64,000 nucleotides of DNA from Patescibacteria group bacterium (GTDB lineage Bacteria > Patescibacteriota > Minisyncoccia > Ryanbacterales > GWA2-47-10b): contig JBBTSE010000007.1 in assembly GCA_038064855.1 (NCBI GenBank), forward strand, positions 18,079-82,078, written 5' to 3'. A program made the position numbers and the translations under genes. Below, piece after piece: positions 38,611 through 47,282 of this stretch (the first letter of the stretch is position 1; every line of letters begins with the position of its first letter). The notes below the pieces were generated by a model that was not told where the DNA came from, did no database searches, and saw nothing but the letters and a program-made list of their open reading frames with translations.

Positions 38611-39366
38611 ATGAAAAGCAAAATCTTTGTAGCGGTAGGAGCTTTGGGGGTGGCGATCGTCACCCTACCCCTTTTTGCTGCGTTTGAAGCGCATGTCATC
38701 AATGTGACCGCAAAGATTGAGAACGCGCTCTATGTGCATCCTCAATCGCTTCAATTCGGCACGGTTTTTCCGCAAGAATATCTCGAGTCGTCTTTCTTTA
38801 TCGCATTCAGCCAGTCTTTTTCTGAGACCACGCAGCAGCGAGTAGGAAAGGTTGACTATGTAATCAAGCAGAAGCCAAAGCCGAAAGAATCTTTTGTGGC
38901 CAGTGCAGGTGTTGAGGAGGCGCGTGATTGGTGCCACCACAACATTCCTGATCCGCTCTACCGCGGATATGCGACGAGCACGCCAGCGTGGGACGCATTT
39001 TATGTAAACTGCTATCCAACGCTGTGTCCGTATCTCTCAAAGCATCCTGACAACAATCCCAGCACGGGCAAAAACAAGTTCAATGACCACGGGCTTCCGT
39101 CATTTCACAATCCGGAGCTCGAGTCAGCGACAGGGACTATCGTAAAGTTCAACACGCCGGGTAACACGGTCGGCAACGACCCGTCAGATACCTGGACGAT
39201 TGATCTTTCGGTACCGTGCTTCAACGGATTCTGCGCGCAAGACTGGGCAGATTTTGTTCACTCAAAAAATCCAGAAGCTGATCCAGATGACTTTATGCTG
39301 CCGCCGAGCCTCGAACACGAGGTCTTGGGCTGTGATCTCTGGGTTGAAGTCACCAAAATTTACTAA
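38611..39366 (+). CDS. AFEAH-family secreted subunit, single domain (second subtype)
   Basis: Identical 22-aa motif; FGTVFPQE, QKPKP, CYPTLCPYLSKH, VPCFNGFCAQDW, GCDLWVEV. Confidence 0.85.
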   Translation: MKSKIFVAVGALGVAIVTLPLFAAFEAHVINVTAKIENALYVHPQSLQFGTVFPQEYLESSFFIAFSQSFSETTQQRVGKVDYVIKQKPKPKESFVASAGVEEARDWCHHNIPDPLYRGYATSTPAWDAFYVNCYPTLCPYLSKHPDNNPSTGKNKFNDHGLPSFHNPELESATGTIVKFNTPGNTVGNDPSDTWTIDLSVPCFNGFCAQDWADFVHSKNPEADPDDFMLPPSLEHEVLGCDLWVEVTKIY

Positions 39367-39498
39367 TCCTAAATCTTTGGCCCGCGCTTTCTTTGGGTTT
39401 TCCAAGGGAGGCGGGGCGAGAGATATCTCTGTGGTTATCATAGAGGCACTGATCGGCGCGGCGGTGCATAGGTTAAGAAGTCTCTCAACATACAGATT

Positions 39499-39993
39499 AT
39501 GGCAGAAGAAATTTGGAACCTTGATAGCTCGGAACCAGAGAAAAAAAAGGGCTGGTGGGAACGCAAGACGGGCGAGAAGCTCAAGACTCATGAAAAAATC
39601 TTAGGCATTATATTTCTTGTCGTCTTCCTCTTCGTATTTTATGTCACACTTGATGCCAACAAGTATCAGGCAGAAGTGCGCGTGATAGAAGGACAAGGAA
39701 GAGTCGGCGTAAACCCCACTACCGAAAAACTTGATTTTGGCGATCTCTCACAAGGTACGCGGTCAGCGCGCACGGTGACGATAAATAATTCAACACCGGT
39801 GCCGATGTTTGTCAGCGTATTGCGACTCGGATCAATCAGCGGTCTTATGACGCTTGAGAAAAATAATTTTATTCTTCGAAAAGGCCAAGAGCAACAGGTC
39901 GAGTTTACGGTCTATATGCCTGCTTCAGCGCCAGTCGGTACGAAATACACTGGTCGGGTATTCGTCTTTAAGATTCCCGCACCATTCTTTTAA
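39499..39993 (+). CDS. Membrane-anchored Ig-like protein of the filament locus
   Basis: Charged N-terminus, TM, then LDFGDL...RTVTINN...FTVYMP...YTGRVFV beta-sandwich pattern. Confidence 0.75.
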   Translation: MAEEIWNLDSSEPEKKKGWWERKTGEKLKTHEKILGIIFLVVFLFVFYVTLDANKYQAEVRVIEGQGRVGVNPTTEKLDFGDLSQGTRSARTVTINNSTPVPMFVSVLRLGSISGLMTLEKNNFILRKGQEQQVEFTVYMPASAPVGTKYTGRVFVFKIPAPFF

Positions 39994-40002
39994 GTCCTGA
40001 TT

Positions 40003-40425
40003 ATGAAGCGCGCGCTCTTTTTTCTCCTCAATCTTGCCGTGTATGTTGCCATTGTGGCTGGCGTGCTCTTTGGGTTGCCGCGATTTCTCTCGTGGTATCT
40101 GCATACGCCGTATCCTATGGCCGCGATTACCTCGGGCTCGATGTGGCCGGTACTCCACACGGGAGATTTGGTCTTTATCGAAGGCGTAGGCAAGGGTGAT
40201 CTACGCATCGGTGACATTGTGGTATGGAAAAACCCGAGTGGGTTTACCATCCACCGTGTGGTGAGATTGGGAGAGAACACGCTGGTGACGAAGGGCGACG
40301 CAAACTTTACGGAAGACGACCCCGTAAAGTATGAAGATGTAGTAGGTCGCACACATCAGGTATGGGGCAAGAATGCTCGAATCCCGTACCTCGGGCACAT
40401 TACTATGTATGCATCTCAACGCTAA
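40003..40425 (+). CDS. SipW/archaeal-type signal peptidase I (S26B, Ser-His)
   Basis: ITSGSMWP, GDLV, GDIVV, IHRVV (His general base), TKGDAN...D. Confidence 0.92.
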   Translation: MKRALFFLLNLAVYVAIVAGVLFGLPRFLSWYLHTPYPMAAITSGSMWPVLHTGDLVFIEGVGKGDLRIGDIVVWKNPSGFTIHRVVRLGENTLVTKGDANFTEDDPVKYEDVVGRTHQVWGKNARIPYLGHITMYASQR

Positions 40426-40428
40426 GCT

Positions 40429-42933
40429 ATGCCAAAGCGCATCGTGATTATGTCAGACATAAAAAAAATCAAACCTCGGGGCTCAAAGATTGAAATCTTT
40501 GAGCGTAATTCACGTGGCGCGTTTCGCGTTTTTCTTACTATTCAGAAACAACTTCTCGCGGGCTTCTTGGCGGTCACCTTAGTGTTGGCAAACGCGCACG
40601 CGTTCGTGGCATTTGAGGCGCATGTCGTTGATGTAAAGGCCGAGGTGGCACGCATCGATCCACCTGTCGTCACGCCTGCCGGTGGCGAGTACATCGAACC
40701 CGTTGATATCATCATTGACGATAGTGACACTGACGCGACGCATATTTTTTATACACTCACTTTCACTGCAGATCCGTTCGGTGCACCTGACCCCGTATGC
40801 GGAGATACCTTTGGTGGGCCAAAGCCGCAAGGCCCTTTGCAGGTCACACAAGACACCGTCATCAAAGCGATTGCGTGTGATGGCGCGGGCAGTGACGCGC
40901 ATGGTAGTTTTGTAACGACAGAAATATATACATTCCCACATACCGCGGGTATGGTGCAGGGCTTTAAGTATCACGATGTTGATCGATCGGGCACGCTCAC
41001 ACCCGGTGATTTTCCAATAGCTGGTTGGCAGATTCAAATCGCCACTTCAACTTTTGCGACCTCAACGGTGACTAACGCGCAGGGATATTATTCATTTGCT
41101 GGTCTCGCACCCGATATTTATACGCTCGAAGAAGAGTCGCGCGACGGATGGGATTATATTAGCCCCAAGACAGTCAATGTGGTGATTTCAGGTACCGAGA
41201 CTGAAGCGGTAGATTTTTTCAATGCTGAGAGCGCCTTTATGTGCAGCCCAAAGACAATCAACTGGACATCAGGACTCGCGGTACAAGCGGCAGGCGCGAT
41301 CTCCGAGAACAATGATGATATCGCTCTCGCGTCCAATGTCACTATCAACGGTGATGCGCGTTCAAACGATGATATCGAACGCACCACGGGCGCGTCTAAT
41401 GTGGCTATCAACGGTAGTGCTACCTCGACTGATCAGGTTGATGACGGCATCAATGTGTCAGAAGATATTTTGGAAAATGCCAGCACCGCAAACCTGCCTG
41501 ATGTCATGATCAGCGAATGGAAAGCACGCGCGGCTGATGGTGGCGCTATCGCAGGGAGCTTTAACTTCCCGAACAATACCGTGGGTATTCAGATGGGTCC
41601 TACCGAAATCATGGGCAATGTGACCTTTGGTAGTGGTAATACGCTACTCGTCAAAGGCCCGATCTATATTCATGGCAATTTGAATATTGGGTCAAATACT
41701 GTTATCACACAAGACAATGGCTTTGGTAAAAAGTTCGTAGCAATTGTCGTTGATGGTACGGTTGATATCGGCTCCAATGTATCATTCAACGGTTCAATAG
41801 ATGGTGGCGCGTTTCTCTTAATCTCGATCAAGGGCGCAGTAGCGGGTGACGATGCGGCCATTGAGACAGCTTCAAATAATTCTGATCTTGGCAAAGTAGT
41901 ACTCTACGCATCAAATGGTGATATCCATGTACATTCAGATCGTACCATTTGGGCGGCATTTGCAGCTCATGGCACCGGCACTGACGCCGATGCTAACGCA
42001 GCGGTGCGTCTTGATTCCAATGTGACCGTCGATTATTCAGAGCTGCCATCTGAAATTTCCTGCGGACCGCGCCAACCATTTGAATCGACTTCGCATATTC
42101 TCATCAATGAATTTGTACCAAATCCATCAGGATCTGATCAGGGGACTGCAGGTGGCGCGCTCGATGGTGAGTGGGTAGAGCTCTTTAACCCAACCAACAG
42201 CTCAGTTGATGTGGCAAGCTGGTGGCTTTATGACGCGAGCAATGCAAATGAGCTCGAGATTAATGGCGTGCGCACCAATACGGGCGATACGATTATTCCT
42301 TCACATGGACGCCTTGTCGTGTATCGCGATGGTGATGGTGACTTTGAGCTCAACAACTCAACAGGTGATACGGTACGACTCTTTAGTGGTCCGGTAGGTA
42401 GCGGCGGTGTACTCGTCGATAGTCATACCTATACTGCAGTCGCTGGCGACAACAAATCTTTTGCACGCATTCCTGACGGCTCCTCAAACTGGATTGACCC
42501 CGAAGGTACGCCCGGCGAGGAAAATAATTTTTTCTTTACTCCTGACGCCTCTGTTCTTTTTAGTGATATCGCGGTGATATTCTTGTCTCGCGAAACCCTT
42601 GATCTGACACCTCCTGAGTTTTCTCCAGTCTCTGAACCCACGCCTGCGAGCGAGGCGGCAACGATCGCGCCCGAAGAAGAAAAGGCAAAGGTTGAAGAGC
42701 CTGCAGTAGCGATTGTGGAAGAAGCGCCCGTAAACAATGGCGACGACGGTACACCTCCTACTGAAAATACCGAAGTAACAGAGACGGCAGAAACTCCAGA
42801 AGTGTCCACGCCCCCAGCAGAGATTACTCCAGAAGAAACTCCCGCACCGTTAGTAGAGGCACCAGCACCAGAAGCGCCTGCTCCTGTAGCCGAATCGCCA
42901 GCGCCAGAAGTAAGCACGGGGGAGACACAATAA
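40429..42933 (+). CDS. Multidomain adhesin-like protein with AFEAH strand, SdrD-B-like and lamin-tail domains
   Basis: FVAFEAHVVDVKAEV; PVVTPAGGEY...IFYT (Fn3-associated-like); GFKYHDVDRSG...TNAQGYYSF; G/N-rich beta-helix; ILINEF...EWVELFN...SFARIPDG...TPG; P/E/A/T-rich tail. Confidence 0.85.
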   Translation: MPKRIVIMSDIKKIKPRGSKIEIFERNSRGAFRVFLTIQKQLLAGFLAVTLVLANAHAFVAFEAHVVDVKAEVARIDPPVVTPAGGEYIEPVDIIIDDSDTDATHIFYTLTFTADPFGAPDPVCGDTFGGPKPQGPLQVTQDTVIKAIACDGAGSDAHGSFVTTEIYTFPHTAGMVQGFKYHDVDRSGTLTPGDFPIAGWQIQIATSTFATSTVTNAQGYYSFAGLAPDIYTLEEESRDGWDYISPKTVNVVISGTETEAVDFFNAESAFMCSPKTINWTSGLAVQAAGAISENNDDIALASNVTINGDARSNDDIERTTGASNVAINGSATSTDQVDDGINVSEDILENASTANLPDVMISEWKARAADGGAIAGSFNFPNNTVGIQMGPTEIMGNVTFGSGNTLLVKGPIYIHGNLNIGSNTVITQDNGFGKKFVAIVVDGTVDIGSNVSFNGSIDGGAFLLISIKGAVAGDDAAIETASNNSDLGKVVLYASNGDIHVHSDRTIWAAFAAHGTGTDADANAAVRLDSNVTVDYSELPSEISCGPRQPFESTSHILINEFVPNPSGSDQGTAGGALDGEWVELFNPTNSSVDVASWWLYDASNANELEINGVRTNTGDTIIPSHGRLVVYRDGDGDFELNNSTGDTVRLFSGPVGSGGVLVDSHTYTAVAGDNKSFARIPDGSSNWIDPEGTPGEENNFFFTPDASVLFSDIAVIFLSRETLDLTPPEFSPVSEPTPASEAATIAPEEEKAKVEEPAVAIVEEAPVNNGDDGTPPTENTEVTETAETPEVSTPPAEITPEETPAPLVEAPAPEAPAPVAESPAPEVSTGETQ

Positions 42934-42934
42934 T

Positions 42935-44887
42935 ATGAAAAAACTTTTACAGCCAAAAGTATTGGGCGCGCTCGGCGTGTTGATTATCGTCGGTGTACTG
43001 GTAAGCACTGTGCAGGTAGGCGCGCAGGTAGTCTCTATCGATGCGAATCTTTCGATCTCGCCAAATATTATTTCGTTTGAAACGGTATTTCCCGGCGAAG
43101 TACACTATAAGCCCTTGGTAGTAAATCTTTCAGACTCATTTTTGGGCGAGGATATTTTGGATGATGTAGAGTATCGCATTGTACAAAAACCAAAACCGCG
43201 CATCGATTCGCCCGAGGAGCGCGAGTATTGCAGCCATTTCCCCAATGACCTTACTCGTTGCTATCCGTCGCTTTGCCCGTATCTTTCAAAAACCGCTGAC
43301 AATACGCCAGCCAACGATACAAGCATTCCTGCGTATCATGACCCTGATGCGCCATCGAGCATTGCGTACGGGCGCCTTGCAAAATCTGACAACGATATCG
43401 AAGACAATTGGGTGATTGATCTGCATACGCCGTGTTTTCGTGGCCAGTGTGATCAGACCAACTCCGTGCCCGAACATTATCAGCTTGACCCATCAATGAA
43501 TGGTCAAGTATTTGGTTGCGATCTCGTGGTAGAAGTGTTGAGTATTAGTTACAACAAAAAGTGCCCGACCTGCGAGCTCGGTCCCGATGGTCAGCCTATT
43601 GTTATTGAGGTAGCAAATGACATCTCGATTGATTTCAATCAAAACCCACCTGCGTATATTGGTGACCCCGCGTTACAGCCATATTTTATGTATAGCAAAG
43701 CGAGTTCAACGCCCTCGGGGTGGAATGCCATCTTTGATACCGGCGGCAAATCAATACATTTTGGATCGGGCGTGACGCTGACCACTGTGCCGGTAGGCAC
43801 TGGCAATTCGAAATACGCGCCGGGTATTATGATCAAAACCAAGTGTGATCTTGTCGCTGACGCGAGTTCAGAGATTATCGTACATTCGACTAACCAAGAC
43901 GCAGGCGATATCGTCATCAACACGGGCCACAATGCCAAGATCAATGGTTTGATCCGCAATCAGCAAGGCGCGTCACTGAGGCGTCCTGGCAATATCACGG
44001 TTGCCGCGTGGTGCGGAGACATCACTCAAGGTAAAGACGGTTGGGTAGATGATTGGGGTAGGCATGCGGGTGCGCGCACTATCAATTTGCTCGCGTGTGA
44101 TGTAGGCAATATTGAAATCAACGGTTTAGTATTGGGTCGTGCATCTATCAATTCACCAAATCCAAAATCACAGCCAAAGATCAATGTCGCATCGTTTGCC
44201 GGATCCGTGGCAGTCAATGCCAATACTACGCAACCTCTCTATCCGCATTTCTCATACAGTGGTTCTACCAAGAGCATGTGGGGAGGACTCATCTCATGGA
44301 TCTCAGGACACTATAAACCCGGCGCAGTGCGCGTGCAGGCAGAAAAAGATATCACGGTGCGAGGTCATGGCAAAGGTACCTATGATAGCTTTGGTGCAAT
44401 ATCGGCAAAGGCGTTCTCGAGCGGTTCCAATGGCGGTCTTGTGGATGTACGATCTCTTTCGGGAAATATTTCAGGTAGCGATCGGGCGTTTGATGTAGAG
44501 GCGCGTAATGCCAACGATACTATTCCGTACGGCGCTATCAATCTCGCAAGCGGTAAAAATATTTTTCTCTCGCGCCTCGGTCTCAATGCTGACTTCGGCC
44601 CGACACTCGATGCGCGCTCAAGCGGTGGCGGCAGTCATGGCGGTTCCAACTTTATCCGTGCGTATCAGGGAGCCGTTACCAATGGCACCAACAGCGTTAT
44701 ATCTGCCGATGCAACCGGTACCAATAGTACTGATGGCACTAATAATCTGACTTCGTGTACAGGCGTTACCAACACCGGCACGATATTTCCAGCAGACGCC
44801 AATGGTGTTGATAATATAGGTGCGTGCGCGGACGCAGAACCCCAGCCAATGTGGCAAAGCTGTGCCGATTTCGGTCTTAACCCTTAA
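42935..44887 (+). CDS. AFEAH-family domain protein with divergent N-strand and C-terminal beta-helix-like region
   Basis: FETVFPGE, DDVEYRIVQKPKP, CYPSLCPYLSK, WVIDLHTPCF, FGCDLVVEV; then ~440 aa with GxIxI/GNI repeats. Confidence 0.85.
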   Translation: MKKLLQPKVLGALGVLIIVGVLVSTVQVGAQVVSIDANLSISPNIISFETVFPGEVHYKPLVVNLSDSFLGEDILDDVEYRIVQKPKPRIDSPEEREYCSHFPNDLTRCYPSLCPYLSKTADNTPANDTSIPAYHDPDAPSSIAYGRLAKSDNDIEDNWVIDLHTPCFRGQCDQTNSVPEHYQLDPSMNGQVFGCDLVVEVLSISYNKKCPTCELGPDGQPIVIEVANDISIDFNQNPPAYIGDPALQPYFMYSKASSTPSGWNAIFDTGGKSIHFGSGVTLTTVPVGTGNSKYAPGIMIKTKCDLVADASSEIIVHSTNQDAGDIVINTGHNAKINGLIRNQQGASLRRPGNITVAAWCGDITQGKDGWVDDWGRHAGARTINLLACDVGNIEINGLVLGRASINSPNPKSQPKINVASFAGSVAVNANTTQPLYPHFSYSGSTKSMWGGLISWISGHYKPGAVRVQAEKDITVRGHGKGTYDSFGAISAKAFSSGSNGGLVDVRSLSGNISGSDRAFDVEARNANDTIPYGAINLASGKNIFLSRLGLNADFGPTLDARSSGGGSHGGSNFIRAYQGAVTNGTNSVISADATGTNSTDGTNNLTSCTGVTNTGTIFPADANGVDNIGACADAEPQPMWQSCADFGLNP

Positions 44888-44918
44888 TAATTCATAATTT
44901 TCAATACTCGGTAGGGTA

Positions 44919-44947
44919 TTGACAAACAAGTAAATATAGTGTACAAT
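44919..44947 (+). promoter_or_regulatory. Sigma-70 promoter
   Basis: TTGACA-17 bp-TACAAT. Confidence 0.85.
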
Positions 44948-45042
44948 GCCTTTCAGTTGTAACTTGATTTTTCGTGTTCCAAAACCATAGATCCCAGTAA
45001 GTCCTAGCCAAAAGGCAGGCATGGGAAGAAGGAGGAGAAAAG

Positions 45043-46110
45043 ATGCAGACGAAGTTTGTGGTGTGGGCGTTCACGCTGTTCGCGACGCTCATCGGTGTGA
45101 ACTGGGCGTTCAGTCTCTTGAGCGCCAAGAGCGACATCCAAGTGTTGCTCGGGTTCGCGCTCATCGTGGTCATCGTGGCGCTCTGGCTGCCGCGCGGTCG
45201 CAAAGCGGCGGCCCGCGGGCTCGAGTATCTCAAGGAGTACTTGAGTGTCGCGCTCATCATCACGGCCGTCGGCATGATGGGCGGATGCACGCGCATCGAG
45301 CCCGGTCACGTGGGCATCGTGGTCAACCAGATGGGGTCGGAAAAGGGGGTGCAAGACTATACCGCCCAGACCGGCGTCATCTGGTACAATCCGGCCACGC
45401 AGGATGTCCTCGAGTACCCAACCTTCGTCCAGACCGCGGTCTGGACGCACAACACGCAGGAGGGTAGTCCGAACAACGAGGAGATCATCTTCTCGGACAA
45501 GGACGGCCTCGCCATCGCGATCGACCTTTCGATCTCGTGGTACCTCGACGCGGCCAAGGTCCCGTCGTTCTACGTGAAGTTCAGGTCGGACGATCTGGAG
45601 ACCTTCACGCACGGGTTCCTGCGGAATGTGGCGCGTGATCACTTCAATGATGTCGGCCCGCTCTATGGTGCCGAGCAGCACATGGGCGTCAAGCGCGAAG
45701 AGTTCATGCTCGCTGTCAGGAAGCGGGTCAATGACCAGCTCGCGCAGTACGGCGTGGTCATCGAGCAGTTCGGTGTGATCGGTGCGCCGCGTCCGCCCGA
45801 AGCCGTCACCACCGCGCTCAACGCGAAGGTGAAGGCGACGCAGGATGCGATCCGTGTCGAGAACGAGCTCCGGCAGGAAACGGCCGAGGCTCAAAAGGCG
45901 GTCGCCAAGGCAAACGGCACGGCGGCCGCGCGGCTCTTGAATGCCAAGGCGGAAGCCGAGGCAAACTTGCTCGTGGCGAAGTCGATTACGCCCGAGCTCA
46001 TCCAGTGGCGCGCCATCGAGAAGTGGAATGGCGCCCGCCCTATGGTGGAGGGGGTGGGGAGTGGGATGATCTTACAGATCCCACCACTGTCAGCTCCCGC
46101 CGCGAAGTAG
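45043..46110 (+). CDS. SPFH/band 7/prohibitin family membrane protein
   Basis: CTRIEPGHVGIVV, AEAQKAVAKANG, AKAEAEAN...SITPELIQWRAIEKWNG; SD AGGAGG; high GC. Confidence 0.92.
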   Translation: MQTKFVVWAFTLFATLIGVNWAFSLLSAKSDIQVLLGFALIVVIVALWLPRGRKAAARGLEYLKEYLSVALIITAVGMMGGCTRIEPGHVGIVVNQMGSEKGVQDYTAQTGVIWYNPATQDVLEYPTFVQTAVWTHNTQEGSPNNEEIIFSDKDGLAIAIDLSISWYLDAAKVPSFYVKFRSDDLETFTHGFLRNVARDHFNDVGPLYGAEQHMGVKREEFMLAVRKRVNDQLAQYGVVIEQFGVIGAPRPPEAVTTALNAKVKATQDAIRVENELRQETAEAQKAVAKANGTAAARLLNAKAEAEANLLVAKSITPELIQWRAIEKWNGARPMVEGVGSGMILQIPPLSAPAAK

Positions 46111-46144
46111 TCAGGCGGTACGGTAGGAACACACAAAGTAGTAA

Positions 46145-46196
46145 AGCCCTCGGTAAGAAATGCGCGCAGCGCAAATCTTGCCGAGGGCTGTTTTTT
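46145..46196 (+). terminator. Intrinsic terminator
   Basis: AGCCCTCGGTAAGA...TCTTGCCGAGGGCT followed by T-tract. Confidence 0.8.
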
Positions 46197-47190
46197 ATTC
46201 AGCTTTTAGATATCGCTCAAAGGGTTTATCGAGCGCGTAGAGTTTATCGCGCGCTGCGCGGTCGCAAGCGGCACGGAGTGGCTCACCAAAATATTTACAT
46301 GCCTCTATCGCGCGTGCTTCGTGCGCGTCTGCTAGTTTTTCGATAACACCCTCAATACATACGATTTTGTCATCTAAATCTCCAGCGTTGCAGATGCTTG
46401 GCAAAAGATCGGGGTAGTTCTCGACGGTGCCCATATACATAAACCCAAGTCCGCGAAAACATCCGCGTCGCTGGAGGCCGGGGAGTGCGAGGCATTTTTC
46501 GGATGCTTCCCCAAAACTTTTCGTCTTGCCAATAAAGTGCCGCGCTTTGTAGGTCCAGCATACGGCTGTGTAGGGCGTGGTGTCGTCGCACACAAGGTCG
46601 TATTTATTCATATCAAACTCCATATAGGTGCCTCCCGCGCAGTAAAATTTGAGCGGCAGGGTAGGGAATGATTCGCAGAGCGGCAACGCGATGTCAGGGC
46701 GATAGTCAGCAAGATAGGTAAACGCATGTCCGATGCCATGGGCACAGTTGCCTGGCCGATGGTCTTGCGCGGTCGCACAAATATCGCTTACTTTGGCGGA
46801 GAGGTCCGCGAGCTTTATATGTTGGCCATCTTTGATGCCAGCGGCGTTGTCAGCGCCAAGTGCCGCCATGAGTACGCCATGAAAACATCCTTCGGTACAT
46901 GATTTACCACACTCGCGAAATGCTTCGCCTATATCTTTGGTATGCGCGTAGACCACTTTACCGAGTTCGTGTGTCTGCCCATGGCAAATACCTGAGGTAC
47001 TTTCGATAGCTGTTGCCATTTGATTTGCAGTGAGTTTGCCATAATACTTCTCAAAAAGGGCATGATGCTCACTCGGCGACGCATCACGAAACTCTTGGGT
47101 AAAAAACGCTAGTGTATTGGCGTACCAAAAAAAGGACGCAAGGGCGCCCAGAGTTGTGAGTATCATCGTACCAACAAGCAATCTCCGCAT
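46195..47190 (-). CDS. Exported Cys/His-repeat helical protein
   Basis: N-terminal TM; CHGQTHELG, CTEGCFHG, CAHGIGH, CAGG, CFRGLG, CIEG. Confidence 0.8.
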   Translation of the reverse strand: MRRLLVGTMILTTLGALASFFWYANTLAFFTQEFRDASPSEHHALFEKYYGKLTANQMATAIESTSGICHGQTHELGKVVYAHTKDIGEAFRECGKSCTEGCFHGVLMAALGADNAAGIKDGQHIKLADLSAKVSDICATAQDHRPGNCAHGIGHAFTYLADYRPDIALPLCESFPTLPLKFYCAGGTYMEFDMNKYDLVCDDTTPYTAVCWTYKARHFIGKTKSFGEASEKCLALPGLQRRGCFRGLGFMYMGTVENYPDLLPSICNAGDLDDKIVCIEGVIEKLADAHEARAIEACKYFGEPLRAACDRAARDKLYALDKPFERYLKAE

Positions 47191-47282
47191 GTCATTATCC
47201 GTAGCGTATTTTTGCCGGCACGGCAATCATGTGACTTTTTATCAACAAGGGGTTTTTGTTTGTACCTTGCTATACTAATGGC

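Noticed and set aside
36225-38730. Paralogue repeats as a DGR template/variable pair or a CRISPR array
   Set aside because: Differences are mostly synonymous and not adenine-specific, no reverse transcriptase is present, and there is no regular repeat-spacer period
36171-39366. AFEAH proteins as type IV pilins or sortase pilins
   Set aside because: The hydrophobic segment precedes the Phe, there is no G|FxxxE class III pattern, no LPxTG or sortase is present, and the linked peptidase is S26 rather than A24
45004-45894. 296-aa minus-strand ORF (likewise 5904..6644 and 54804..55484)
   Set aside because: Antisense shadows of well-supported genes with biased codon use
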